Source: an uncultured Actinomycetes bacterium (GTDB lineage Bacteria; Actinomycetota; UBA4738; HRBIN12). From it: DNA of 64,000 nt. Position numbers and translations under genes: made by a program. The stretch is taken from positions 18,652 to 82,651 of the forward strand of contig CAVVVF010000001.1 in the NCBI GenBank assembly GCA_963751665.1. The letters are read 5' to 3'. Below are positions 43,497 through 54,961 of this stretch, in pieces; position 1 is the stretch's first letter, and every line of letters begins with the position of its first letter. The notes below the pieces were generated by a model. The model saw only the letters and a program-made list of their open reading frames with translations, was not told the DNA's origin and made no database searches.

Positions 43497-44308
43497 CCCT
43501 GATTCCTAGTCCGCCGGCGAAAGCCGGGCAAATCCGACCTGCGCGGGACTCACCCGCCGACGCGGGCGAGACATTCTCAGGTCGCGAGGGCATGATCCCA
43601 ATAGTTTGCCCAGTCTCTGAGGGGCTTGCGATAATGCTTGAGCATTGACGGGCCTGCGTCTCCGGGTGCACGTGCTGTCTCCCGTCGGAGACTGTTGCCT
43701 CCGCGCCGAAGGAGCACGCATGAGGCGGTGCCTTCTGCTCGAACACTTCGAGCCCAGGACGGGGAGATTCGAGGGTCGGGGCACGCGAGACTGTGGCCGG
43801 AGGAGCGAGCGCGGATAGGAGCGGGGCCGCTCAATCCCGCGAGCGAAGCCTCGCCTGGCCTTCCAGGACCACAACTCAGCGTTGGGAGGTCGTCGGCTCG
43901 GCGCGTTCGCCCGGCCCTCTCCATGCGCCGCAGTTGCACTCGCTGTAGAGGCAACGACGGAAGCCGTCGTCGCTGTGAATGAATTCGGAGTGCGCGCAGC
44001 CGGCGCAGAAGACGCGACGCGAATCAACGGCGTGCCGGAAGATCGAATCCGCATCGGCCGGAAATCTCATGCCTCGCCCTCGAAACCGGGTTCCTGCCTT
44101 CACTGTAGGGATATCGGGCGAATCTCGACATCGGCCAAAAGTCCGCATTTCGGTTTCCTATTCGCCACCGTTTGCAGGCCCGCCGCGACGTCATGCCGTC
44201 AGCCCAGGAGGTCCCTGTGTTGTACCAGTCTCCGTTCGCGGTTCTAGAGTTCTTCGAAGAGGTCACGGACCTCCTCGGACGAGCAGACGCAGGGAAGGAG
44301 CAGGGGAC

Positions 44309-45367
44309 ATGAGATTCGGAATCAAGACCGTCGCGCTGGTCACGATCCTGACTCTGCATGCCATCACTCCGGTCCAGGCTATGCCGAACCTCACCGGGTA
44401 CCCGAATTCGATGGCCGCGACCGGGGATTCCATCACCCGCGCCTACAACACGGGCACGTTGCCGTTCTCCGACGCCGCCGGCAACTCCTGGTCGACAGGC
44501 ACGCGGGCCTCCGTGGAGAGCCACTACACCCGGATCCTTGTTGCCCAACCCGCCATCCTCGGCCGGAACTACAACCATGCGGTGACGGGGGCGAAGATGG
44601 CCGGACTTGAGTCGCAGATGCAACAGGTCAACGACCAGGCCGTGGCGTACGTGACGATCCTGATGGGCGCGAACGACCTATGCACACGAGGGGTCGCTGA
44701 GATGACGTCGGTGGCCGACTTCCGTTCCCAGTTCGAACGTGCCATGGCTACGCTCTCCGCCGGCTCCCCCCGAGCTCGCATCTATGTCGTGAGCATCCCA
44801 GACGTCTTCCAGCTGTGGGTCATCTTGAAGGACAATCTCCTGGCTCGTTTGGCCTGGCGGACCTTGGACATATGCCAGTCGCTGCTGCAGCACCCGCGCT
44901 CCACCGATGCCTCCGACGTGATGCGGCGACTGACCGTGCGGCAGCGCAATATCGACTTCAACGTCCAGCTGGCGGAGGTGTGCGCGATGTACATCCACTG
45001 CCGCCTCGATCAGAACGCCATCTTCTCCGACCCATTCCAGCCCGAGGACGTCTCGAGGCGCGACTACTTCCATCCCTCGCTCCAGGGCCAACAGCGCCTG
45101 GCCCAGGTGGCGTGGAGCGCGACCTTCGACTTTTCGGACCAGATACCTCCTTTGACCACGGCGAGCACGGCGGTGGTCGAGGGCGGCATCTTGGTCTCGC
45201 TGGAGGCCACCGATGACGTCGGCGTGGCCGGCATCGAGTACCGGCTCAACCTCGGGGCCTTTCAGCGCTATGTAGGCCCGTTCGTTCTAACCACAGGCAG
45301 CAACATCCGCTTCCGAGCGGTAGACGTGAACGGCAACATCGAGACCACACAGTCGCTCGCCGCGTGA
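44309..45367 (+). CDS. secreted SGNH/GDSL hydrolase with C-terminal chitobiase/hexosaminidase-C-like (CHB_HEX_C) domain
   Basis: GGAAGGAG RBS; signal peptide; GDSIT block, GANDLC block, DYFHPS (catalytic D-x-x-H); C-terminal GIEYRLNLGAF...IRFRAVDVNGNIET. Confidence 0.65.
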   Translation: MRFGIKTVALVTILTLHAITPVQAMPNLTGYPNSMAATGDSITRAYNTGTLPFSDAAGNSWSTGTRASVESHYTRILVAQPAILGRNYNHAVTGAKMAGLESQMQQVNDQAVAYVTILMGANDLCTRGVAEMTSVADFRSQFERAMATLSAGSPRARIYVVSIPDVFQLWVILKDNLLARLAWRTLDICQSLLQHPRSTDASDVMRRLTVRQRNIDFNVQLAEVCAMYIHCRLDQNAIFSDPFQPEDVSRRDYFHPSLQGQQRLAQVAWSATFDFSDQIPPLTTASTAVVEGGILVSLEATDDVGVAGIEYRLNLGAFQRYVGPFVLTTGSNIRFRAVDVNGNIETTQSLAA

Positions 45368-45589
45368 AAGCGACATCGATCAAGGACTTCCTTCTTCCGT
45401 GTGTGCAGTGCTGCTCGGGCACGGGGGGCTGGCGTCGACAGGACGAGGCGTGCCACCGAATCGAACGAGAGTCGGGCGCCGCCGAAGGCAACAGGGAAGA
45501 TCCATCTCAGCCAGGCGGCGGGCGCGCAGGGGTGGATCGGCGCGGCCAGCTCGTTTGCTAGATGCCGAGGGTGGCGAACCGAAGACCAA

Positions 45590-46046
45590 GCGCTCCCGCC
45601 GCTGGGTGACCGTGCCGGAATTCGTCTCCGCTTCTTTGGCCGAGCACGTCCGGAAGTACCCGCCGGGTCCCGACGGACTCGTGTTCACCGCACCGAAGGG
45701 AGGGCCGATCCGGCGCCCCGCCTTCTACAGGCTCGTCTGGTCCAAGGCAACACGAGCGGCTGGCCTCGAAGGCTTCCCGTTTCGCAACCTGCGGCACACG
45801 GGAGCAACATTGGCGCTTCAGGAGGGCACGAGTCCCGTCCTGGTGGCCTTTCGTTTAGGACATGCATCGACAGCCATGATCGAGCGACACTACGGCGAAC
45901 TCGTTGAGGGCTTCGACCGGGAGATCGCCGATCGCCTCGCGGAAGCCCGGAGAAGAGAGCGCCGAAGTCCTGACCTTGCCCCTGTGTCGTCCCTGGCCGC
46001 CGCCCGGCGGTCTCGCAGGAGGAATCCTCGCAAGAGGACTCGCTGA
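45590..46046 (+). pseudogene. C-terminal catalytic-domain fragment of a tyrosine recombinase/phage-type integrase
   Basis: LRHTGATLALQEG ... LGHASTAMIERHYGEL (H-x-x-R, second H, catalytic Y) without N-terminal SAM-like/core-binding domains. Confidence 0.55.
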
Positions 46047-46096
46047 TTCCTGTTGGAGGACGGACCTCCAGGCTATTGAGCACTGGGGCGCAGTGC

Positions 46097-47130
46097 TCAC
46101 TCCGGAGCGGGTCGGATCCAGTCCGGGAAGAGGCCGCCGCGCGGCATCCCCTGGATGTCGAGCGAGGCGCGACCCGTGCCGTCGGGCCGGATGACGTAGA
46201 GGTCGTAGCCGGACACGAGCAGGTACCTCCCGTCCGGGGACCAGGTCACGAACTGGCCGAACTCCGGCGTGACGCGTGTGAGCCCGGTCCCATCCGCGTT
46301 CACGACCCAGATGTCGTGGTGGGGCCCGATGTCGCCCGTGGTCCGGCAATCGGGCGCGTCCGAGTAGGCGCAGTCGTCGCGGACCGACGCGAACGCGATG
46401 CGCGTGCCGTCCGGCGACCAGGCCGGCCACCCGTCCGGGCCTGGTGAGTCCGTGAGCTGCACCGGGTTCGACCCGTCGGCGTTCATGACCCAGATGTCGT
46501 ACTCGGCCGGCCCGTCGGGGCCGCCCATGAACGCGATGCGCGTGCCGTCGGGCGACCAGGCGGGGTACTCGACCCACATGTCCGTGGGGATCCTGCGCAG
46601 TTTCGATCCGTCCGGGTTCACGAGGTACCCGCTCATCGTCGAGCCGTGGCGGGTCGAGTTGAACACGATCGTGCGGCCGTCCGGCGACCAGTCCGGTCCC
46701 TAGTCGTTGTCGGGATCGTTCGTGATGTCCCTGCGTTCCGAGCCGTCGGCGTTCATCACGTAGATCTCGTCGTCGTGGTTGATGCCGCGGCGCGAGTCCC
46801 GGTACACGATCCGACTCCCGTCGGGCGACCAGGACGGGTCGAACTCGGCGCCGCGCCTGCTCGTCACTTGCACCAGGCCGGTGCCGTCGACGTTCGCCGT
46901 GTAAACGTCGTCCTCGGTGGACAGGACGATCCTGCCTCGGAGCGTGCTCCTGTCGATCGGCGTCCCAAGGATCACGGGCACCCTCGAGTCGACCGGCGAC
47001 GCCTGCAGGCTGGGCGCGGCCGTCGAGGATGAGGATGCGGAACGGTTCGTCGGAGCCTGCGTGCACGACGCGGGGAGGACGACGAGGACAAGGATCCAGG
47101 CCGATCCGGCTCGACGAGCGCGCGGACTCA
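46097..47130 (-). pseudogene. TolB-like PD40 beta-propeller lipoprotein, one frameshift near 46690
   Basis: Lipobox-like LVLVVLPASC; repeated WSPDGSRIVY / WSPDGTRIAF / DIWVMNADGS PD40 units split over two frames. Confidence 0.5.
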
Positions 47131-47605
47131 CGACGGCCTCCTCGCTGGTCGGGGGCATCGAAGATACGCCGATGAGGCCCCCGAGGTTCCGCCCCGCGTG
47201 CGCGAGCTCCACGCCCAGCGCGGCGACCGAGTCCTTCCCCGCGATGAGTTTGCCGGGTTCCGGCAGTCTGGATCGGGCAGAGGAGTGGCACCGGCATGGC
47301 TCGTGCCCGGACACCCCAGCACCTTGTCGACGGAGGGCACGCCCTCGGCCGGCAGACCTTGCTCGCGGCCGACGGAGACCTCCGTCGGGCGGTGTCGTAG
47401 TCGGACTCGAGCTGGGGGCGGCCCTGTGATCCGGATCTGCGCGGCGCAAGGGTGGCGAGTGCATCCACCCTCGACACCCGCACTACTTTCGCGCACTCGC
47501 TACGCTTGATCCGGCGCGGGATATTTGCGGGATATCCGGCGTTTGATCTTGGTTCAACCAGCCGATCGATTCAGGACTAGCGCCCTGACCTGGCGCTTTG
47601 CTCTA

Positions 47606-47647
47606 GTAGTCCCAACGGGATTTGAACCCGTGTCTCCACCTTGAGAG
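47606..47647 (-). repeat. direct repeat copy 2 of the 42-bp tRNA-Glu 3' half (att site between island 1 and island 2)
   Basis: Identical 42-mer; following about 6 bp (tgttct) also identical to copy 1 but not to the tRNA. Confidence 0.75.
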
Positions 47648-47741
47648 TGTTCTCGGGGGACGATTCCGCTACCTGCGGCGATGCCCGAATCCAGTACCTG
47701 ACCCGCGGATTCGATGCTCCAGCCGTTCCCGTCATTTCTTG

Positions 47742-47780
47742 ACGTCTCCCGGTCGTTCGCGGGACGAATGCGGGACGAAC
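47742..47780. repeat. second copy of arm-type repeat (see 21755-21788)
   Basis: cgtctcccggtcgttcgcgggacgaatgcgggacgaacg. Confidence 0.6.
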
Positions 47781-47870
47781 GCGAGATTGGCCAGTGTTGG
47801 ATCGACGGCTCCGGGGGTCCTATCGACCGATCGAGAGCGTTGCACCGTAGCCACATCGATCCTGTTTGGG

Positions 47871-50800
47871 CTACCACGCGGAAGCGCAAGATATGAGCCA
47901 AGCACTCCTGCTCTGTGCGCACCGATCCACGTGAAGGTACTGGCGGCATTCCTCGTCGGTGAGCGATCTCGTGACCTCCCGGGGCGATCTCGAGGAGGTC
48001 GTCGATGTCGAGGGCCCAGATCCGAACACCATCGCACGCGCTCGTGGAGGCGAGCTTCGTACCGTCCGGGCTGAAGGCCACGCTCTGGATACGGCGCATC
48101 CGATGCCCCCGCAGGACCAGCTGCTGCGCGCCGGTGTCCGCCTCGAACAGCCGAACCGTGCCGTCGAGCCCGCGGTGGCGACGCGCGATCCGTCGGGGCT
48201 GAAGGCGACATCGTTGACGCCCCCGAGTTCCCGGCGAGCACCGCCAAGCGCGTTCCGCTCTCCACGTCCCAGATCTCCGCGTGTCCGGCCTGACCGGCCG
48301 TGGCGATACGGGAACCGCTGGGATCGAAGTCCATGCGACGCGTCGCGCTGATCGTGCGGACGATCACGCCCCGCTCCCAGTCCCAGATCTTCAAGCGGTA
48401 TCGGCCTTCGGCGATGCGGGCCGCCGTGGCGACCAGGCGGCCGTCGGGGCTGAACGTGCCGCGAACAGAGACGACCCCTCGTCTGCGCAGGACCCGGATC
48501 ACGCGGCCGGAGCGATCGACGATCTTCGCCTCCCGTCCCAGCTCGCGGTGACCAGATACTCCCCATCCGGACTGAATGCGACCTCGTTGACGTCGAGGCG
48601 GTGCCCGATCTGGAAGAGCTCCTCCCCGGTCGACAAATCCCATACCCTCACCGCTACGTCGCCGCCGCAGCACTCGGGCCGCTCCAGCCGCCGAGCGGCG
48701 ATCGACGCGCCGTCCGGGCTGACGTCGAATGAACCGAAGAACCCAGAAGAAAGTCGAAGTGGCAGGGGTCCGATCGTTCGAAGGACCCGCCCCGTCTGCA
48801 GGTCCCAGATCGGCACCGCATGGTCCGTCCACGCTGGTCGCCACGACGCGCCGTCCGTCCGGCATGAACTCCGCGGGATGCGCCGGCGGCGGGAAGGTTC
48901 GCCCACTCGGCGTCGCCGTTCGGCCCCAGGTCCCAGATCTTCACGGCGGTGATCCCCGCGTCACCGGCCATCACCCGGGTCCCATCGGGCGAGAACGCCA
49001 CTCCCACGATCCCGCTCCTCGTCTCTTGTGCCGACAGCGACCAGAGCTCCCGGACACCTCCGTCCCGATCCCCACACCTTCGCGGTGCCGTCGATACCGC
49101 CCGTGACCAGGCGAGAGGAATCCGGACTCCAGGCGGCGCTCAGGACGAACCCGCTGTGGCCGAAGGTGAGCCGGAGCCTTCCCGTCCCCGCATCCCAGAC
49201 TCCCGTGCCGTCCTCGCTCTCGCGGCGATGTATCGGCCATCCGGGCTCCAGGACACGCCCCCGTGAAGCACGACGACGCTGCAACAATTGGGTTCCGCTC
49301 AGTTGAACGCTTCCTCGCCGGTCCTCGACGATCGAACACGGCGCCGTCTTCGCCACGAGAGGACGACCACGGCGAGGCGCTTCCCGTCAGGACTGAGGGC
49401 GGTGTCGATCGGGCCGTCGCAAGCAAGAGTCCAGACCACCCGGCCCGTGGACAGGTCCAGGACCCGGACGACGCCCCCGAAGTCGTCGTGCCAGGCAGCG
49501 GCGACGAGCGAACCGTCGGCGCTGAACGAAGGGCCGAAGCACCGCGCCCTCCCCCGACAGCGCTCGCAGAGGAGTCGCCGGTCGAGGGATCCCACACCTT
49601 CAACGTCCCGTCGTCGCCGGTGGAGGCGAGCATGGAGCCGTCCGGAGCTGAACGCGACGTCGTTGACATCGCCATCGTGTCCCTCGGAACGAGAGGACGC
49701 TCTCCCCCGTCTCGCCGTCCCTGATGTCGATGATCCCCGAGTCCTCGCCCCTCGGTCACGAAGACGCCCGTCGGGCTCCAGGCGAGGAGCCCGCCCACCC
49801 CGGGCACCTCCATCACGAGCCGGGATGCCACGACGGCCCGGTGCAGCGCCTCCTCGGCCTCCGGCAGCACGGATCCGTCGACCGATCGGGTGAGCTCGAC
49901 GGCCTCGATCGCGAGCAGGACGCTGAGCTCGGGGTCGGCCTCGAGGTTCGCGACCGCGGCGGCGGCAAGCTCCCTCGCCGTCGCGACCCTCGCCTCGCGC
50001 CCGCTCGCTCGCTCTGGTTGGTCGCGACGATGGTGAGCGATCCGGCGACCAGAGCCGCGACCGCGAAGACGGCAACGAGGCCGCGCAGCCGGCGTGCGGA
50101 TCGCCGCTCGATCCGCGCCTCGTGCTCGCGCCGCCGCTCCTCCTCCTCCCGCTCCCGGTCGCGCTGATCGACGCTCGCCTTCAGGTACGCGCGCTCGGGC
50201 CGCCCGATCGCGAGGTCCGTGGTCGCGGCCCAGGCCTCGAGCTGCTCGAGTCGGGCACCCCGCAGGAGGAAGCTCGGATCGCCGTCGGAGCCCCGCCACT
50301 CGGCGGCCGCCTGGGCCAGCCCCCGTTCCTGACGGAGGTCCTCGCGCGCGTCGTCGATCCAGGTGCGCAGCCGCCCCCACGCGCCGAGCAGCGCCTCGTG
50401 GGCGATCTCGACCGTCGGCTCCCGGGTGGAGGGCTCCCGATCGAAGGTCAGGAGCCGGTGGCGTCCGAAGGTGTCCAGGACGCGTCGATCGCTTCCGGTT
50501 CCACGTCGATGTCGTCCAGCTCGCTCCTCGCGACGCGCCGCCGCGTGTCCTGCCTGCCCTCCCCGAGGGTGACCAACCGCAGGAACACCTGCTTGATCGC
50601 CCGTCGCCCCTGCGGTCGGTCGCCTCGTAGATGCGCTCGGCTCGCGCGGACAGGGCCCCGGCGACCCCGCCGATCTCCCGGTAGGCGGCGAGGGTCAGCC
50701 GATCCTCGTCCCGCCGTTCGAAGAGCTCCGTGAGCGCGTACTGCAGGAGCGGGAGCGCGCCGGGCTGATGGGCGACGTCGGCGATCATCTCCGCCACCAG

Positions 50801-53595
50801 CCCGGGCTCGGGCCGGACGCCGACCCGTTCGGCCGGGCCTCGGATCGCCTGCTCGAGCTCGTCGGGCATGAGCGGGGGAACCGCCTCGGTCCGTTCGGCG
50901 AGCAGCTCGCCGAACCGGGGGTAGAGGAGCGGGCGGTCGTAGAAGTCGGCCCGGAGCGTCACGATCACCGGAGCCGGCTCTCGGGGTCGGCGGTCGCGAC
51001 GCGAAGCGACTCCAGGAACAGCTCGCGCTCGCGTTCGTCGGTGGTGAGCGTGAAGACCTCCTCGAACTGGTCGACAACGAGCACGACCTCCGACTCGCCG
51101 GCCGCGACGAGATCCACGGCCTCGAGCAGCCCCCGGGATCCTGAATCGAGCAGGTCGTGCAGCCGGGGCACCGGACGCACCGCGATCCGAAGCAGCGCCG
51201 CCTCGAGCTCCTCGATGGGGTGCGACCCGGGGAACATCTCGGCGATGAAGGCGATCCTCCGGCCTCCCCAGGGCCCCGTCCCGGATCGCCGGGACCAGGC
51301 CCGCGCGGACCACCGAGGACTTCCGCCCCCGCTCGGGCCGACGACGGCGAGGAACCTCGACCCGGGCCCGCGCCTCCTCAGCCTGGCGACGAGGCGCTGG
51401 GTGAGCTCCCCCCGCCCGAAGAAGTCGCGGGCGTCGGCCTCGGTGAACGGCCGGAGGCCCTTGTACGGGTTCCGTTCGTCGGTCCGTCGGGGGCGGCGAT
51501 CGCGTAGGTTCGAGGGCCGTGCGGGCGGCCACGGCGAACGCGTCCGCCTCCGGGTGCATCCGTCCCGACTCGACCCGCTCGACGAGCTCCGCGAAGGACG
51601 GCTTCGTCCGGCAGCAGGCCCGTGGCGAGCCGGCGAGCTCCCGGACGTCCTCCGGGGGTCCGGCGCCGCGCCGACCCCGATCTGGAAGTCCCCGAGGTAG
51701 GCGTTCCCCTCGGCGTCGAACAAGACGTTGGACGATCCATGCTCCCGTGCGCCATCCCCTGCCGGTGCGCGAACGCGAGCGCGGAGGAGATCTGCTCGAC
51801 GAGGCGGATGGCTCGGTCCCGCTGGAGCGACTCCCCGCGCTCCTCGAGGGCCCGCAGGCTGCCCCCGCGCAGGTACCGGGAGACGATGTAGGCGCGGCCG
51901 GGCTCTCGCCAGTAGTCGTAGATCGGGACGATGTGCGGATGCTCCAGGGCCGCGACGGCCTGGGCCTCCGCCTCGAAACGCCCCACGAAGGCCGGGTCGG
52001 TGGCGACGTGCTCGTGGAACACCTTGACGGCCACGTCGCGCTCGACGTGGGGTTGGATGGCCCGGAAGACGGCGCCGTCGGCCCGTCGTCGATCTTCTCC
52101 AGGAGCCGGTAGCCGCGGAGGGGCTCTCCCCGCAGATCGAGTCCGGGGTCTTGCTTCAGGACCCGCTCGTGGAGCCTCACGAGCTCGGGCGAGGGGTCGA
52201 TCCCGAGCTCGTCGGCCAGGATCTCCCTCGCCCGCTGGTAGGCGCCCAGCGCCTCGGCCTGACGCCCCTCGCGGTAGAGGGCCAGCATCGAGCAGGCCCC
52301 ACAGGCTCTCCCGCCAGGGGTGGCGCGCGAGCAGGGTCTCCAGCTCCCCGATCGCCCGGGCCTGGGCACCGCTCGCCAGGAGCCCCTCGATCCTGGCTTC
52401 CTGCGCCTCGAGCCGAAGCTCGTCGAGCCGGGCGGCCTCGGCGACCAGCGAGGGCTGGTCGGCGAGGTCGGCGAGCGCCGGGCCGCGCCACAGCGCCAAG
52501 GCATCCTCGAGCGTGGCGACCGCGATGTTCGGATCGACGGGGAGGGCCTTCTTCGCGTCCCTCATGAGCGCGTCGAACCGTGCCGCGTCCAACTCGGAGG
52601 GGTCGAGCCAGGCGGTAGCCGGGTGCGTGGCTCTGGATCCGGTCGTGGCCGAGGGCCTTCCGGAGGTGCGAGACGTAGGTCTGGATGATGTTCCGGGCTT
52701 TCTCGGGCGGTTCTTCGCCCCAGACCTCGTCGATCAGCGTCTCGGCGGGCACGAGCTCGTTCGCGCGGATGAGCAGGTGGGCGAGGACCGCGCGCTGCTT
52801 CGGCCCGCCGAGGGGGATCGGCCCGCTCCCCGCGTCGACCTCGAGCGGTCCGAGGACGCGGAACTGCAGCCTCCCCCCGTACACGCGCCGCGCCGGCTGC
52901 CTGGGCAGGAGCGCTCGCATCTGCTCGGCGACGTCGCTCCCCTCCGAAGCGATCGCCAGGACGTGGACGGGATCGGAGAGCCCCTTGAGATGCAGCTCCC
53001 CGCGATCGACGTAGGTGATGCCATCGAGCGCGCGAGCGAGGTGAACGACGCTCTGACTGCACAGGATCTCGCCGGGGCCGGCCTGCCCGCACAACCGCGC
53101 CGCGAGGTTCAGGGCCCCACCCCGGTATCCGCCCTCGACCTGAACCGCCTCGCCCGCATCCAGCCCGATCCCCACGGGGAGCGGGAGATCCGGAGTCGCC
53201 AGCGTCTCCTGCAGGAGGCGCGCCTGCAGCTCGACCGCCGTCCTGATCGCCTGACGGGGCGAACCAAAGACGGCGAGGGCCTCATCACCCCGCAGCTCGA
53301 TCACCGAGCCGTCACGAGCCTCTACCTGCTCGCGAACGATGTCGGCGAACCGAGCTGCGAGCTTGGCAGCCGCTTCGTCACCGCGCTCATGGGTGAAGTG
53401 GGTGTATCCGCGAACGTCCGCGATCAGGAACGTCCTGACCTCCTCGGTGCCGGCAGGCGGCGTGTTTCGGCTTTCCTCTCGGACATCGATGGGGCCCGAT
53501 CCCTGGGGAGCGTGCTCCATCCCCCTCATGCGGCCGAGTATCGAGCCTTGGATTCTCGAGCGCCAGGCCGCCGTCTCGTCCTGTGTGTCGCTCAC
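47871..53595 (-). pseudogene. giant multidomain signalling gene: class III adenylate cyclase - SARP (OmpR-type winged helix + BTAD) - protein-kinase-like segment - NB-ARC/AAA - WD40 repeats; many frameshifts
   Basis: Cyclase core (FLIADVRGYTHFTH...GDEALAVFGSP...GIGLDAGEAV) and SARP DNA-binding (LQFRVLGPLEVD...PKQRAVLAHLLIRANELVPAETLIDEVWGE) in 52177-53595 ORF; BTAD + kinase-like (VAVKVF...HPHIVPIYDYW...YIVSRYLRGGSL) in 51378-52592; Walker/NB-ARC-like LAVVGPSGGGS in 50965-51723; at least 12 WD40 units (VAFSPDG..., ...WD...) scattered over five minus-strand frames between 47871 and 50075; C-terminal LTDEECRQYLHVD. Confidence 0.6.
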
Positions 53596-53720
53596 GCTCT
53601 CTCGAGCATCGGGTGAGTCCCTTGAGAACGGCTTGAAAGAGGCGTCCAGCCGTTCTCAGGGCTCCTCCGCCAACCTCGAGCGTGGTCCTCATAGGAGCGA
53701 CCAGAGGAAGGGAGGAAGGT

Positions 53721-54482
53721 ATGACACACACCGATCGAACCGGCAGCGGTGCGGAACGCTCGAGCAGCGCGATGCGATGGCCTGCGGCCTCGCTCCTGCT
53801 CGCCTTCGCGCTGATGGCGGGGGCGTGCGGAGGCGCAACGCAAGAGGGTCCCGAGGCGACGGGTGGATCTAACGCGCCATCGAGTTCGACCACGACCCCT
53901 GCGCACCTCCCGAGCGGCGGCGCGTTGGAGCCCGGGACGTATGTCGTCACCGCGATCGATCCCGACTTTGATGCGGCGCACCGGATCACGATCAGCGTTC
54001 CAGAGGGCTACCAGGCCCTCTTCGGATGGGGCATCCTGAAGAACGAGGGGCGCCAATGGGTGAGCGCTTCGGTCGTTGGCAACGTCTACGCCGATGCGTG
54101 CCAGTGGGAAGGCACGCTCCTCGACCCACCGGTGGGCTCGAACTTCGATGCTCTCGTCGCCGCGCTTGCAAATCAGCTCGGGCCTCGCACGTCGACGCCG
54201 ACGGACGTCACGCTGGCTGGGTTCGCCGGGAAGCGGATGGTGTTGTTGGTGCCCGCCAGCATCAACGTGCGCCTCTGCGACAACGGCCAGTTCCGATTCT
54301 GGCTCGACACCGGCGGGGGAGAGCGGTACTCGCCGTTTTCCGGTGAGCGCGACCGGCTGTGGATCTTGGATGTCGACGGCGTTCCGCTCGTGATCGAGGC
54401 AGCGTGGCCAGCCGGGGCATCGGCGCAGGTTCAAGCCGAGCTTGTCCAGATGGTGGAGTCGGTCCGCATCGACCCTTCGTAA
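53721..54482 (+). CDS. hypothetical secreted lipoprotein
   Basis: GGGAGGAAGG RBS; lipobox LLLAFALMAGAC after N-terminal extension; no recognisable domain. Confidence 0.5.
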   Translation: MTHTDRTGSGAERSSSAMRWPAASLLLAFALMAGACGGATQEGPEATGGSNAPSSSTTTPAHLPSGGALEPGTYVVTAIDPDFDAAHRITISVPEGYQALFGWGILKNEGRQWVSASVVGNVYADACQWEGTLLDPPVGSNFDALVAALANQLGPRTSTPTDVTLAGFAGKRMVLLVPASINVRLCDNGQFRFWLDTGGGERYSPFSGERDRLWILDVDGVPLVIEAAWPAGASAQVQAELVQMVESVRIDPS

Positions 54483-54848
54483 CAGGCCAACGAAGGAGTG
54501 CGCCGAGAAAGCCCGGTCCCGCCCTGAGGGACCGGGCTTCTCGGCCTGAACCGATCTCGACGCAGCACTCCCGCGCCGTCACCCGGCGGCATTGGATCGC
54601 GTTCGAACTCGCGGTCCAGACCGCAGGGTCTATCGGTGGCGCATGCGCCTCAGGTGTCTTACCGGATTGCGAGGTCCAGGGGTGATCTGCCCGTGACGCC
54701 TCGCGGTCGGCTGCGGGGACAGATGCGGGACGAGAAGAGGGGCGGCCCAGCCTGTTCAGCGCGCTTGATCGGCGCTTCGGTGCGACTGAAAGGCCGTGTC
54801 TGCACCTTGACCAGGGTGGAGACGGGAACTCCGACGATGCGTTTCCCC

Positions 54849-54924
54849 TGGTAGTCCCAACGGGATTTGAACCCGTGTCTCCACCTTGAGAGGGTGGTGT
54901 CCTCGGCCACTAGACGATGGGACC
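54849..54924 (-). tRNA. tRNA-Glu, anticodon CUC, 3' CCA encoded
   Basis: Reverse complement GGTCCCATCGTCTAGTGGCCGAGGACACCACCCTCTCAAGGTGGAGACACGGGTTCAAATCCCGTTGGGACTACCA folds as cloverleaf (7-bp acceptor with G1-U72, 5-bp anticodon stem CCACC/GGTGG, loop CUCUCAA, T-arm ACGGG-TTCAAAT-CCCGT); same length and architecture as canonical bacterial tRNA-Glu. Confidence 0.8.
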
Positions 54925-54961
54925 TCGCGACGCCGACGGACGAGTCTAGCAAGCGGTTTCC

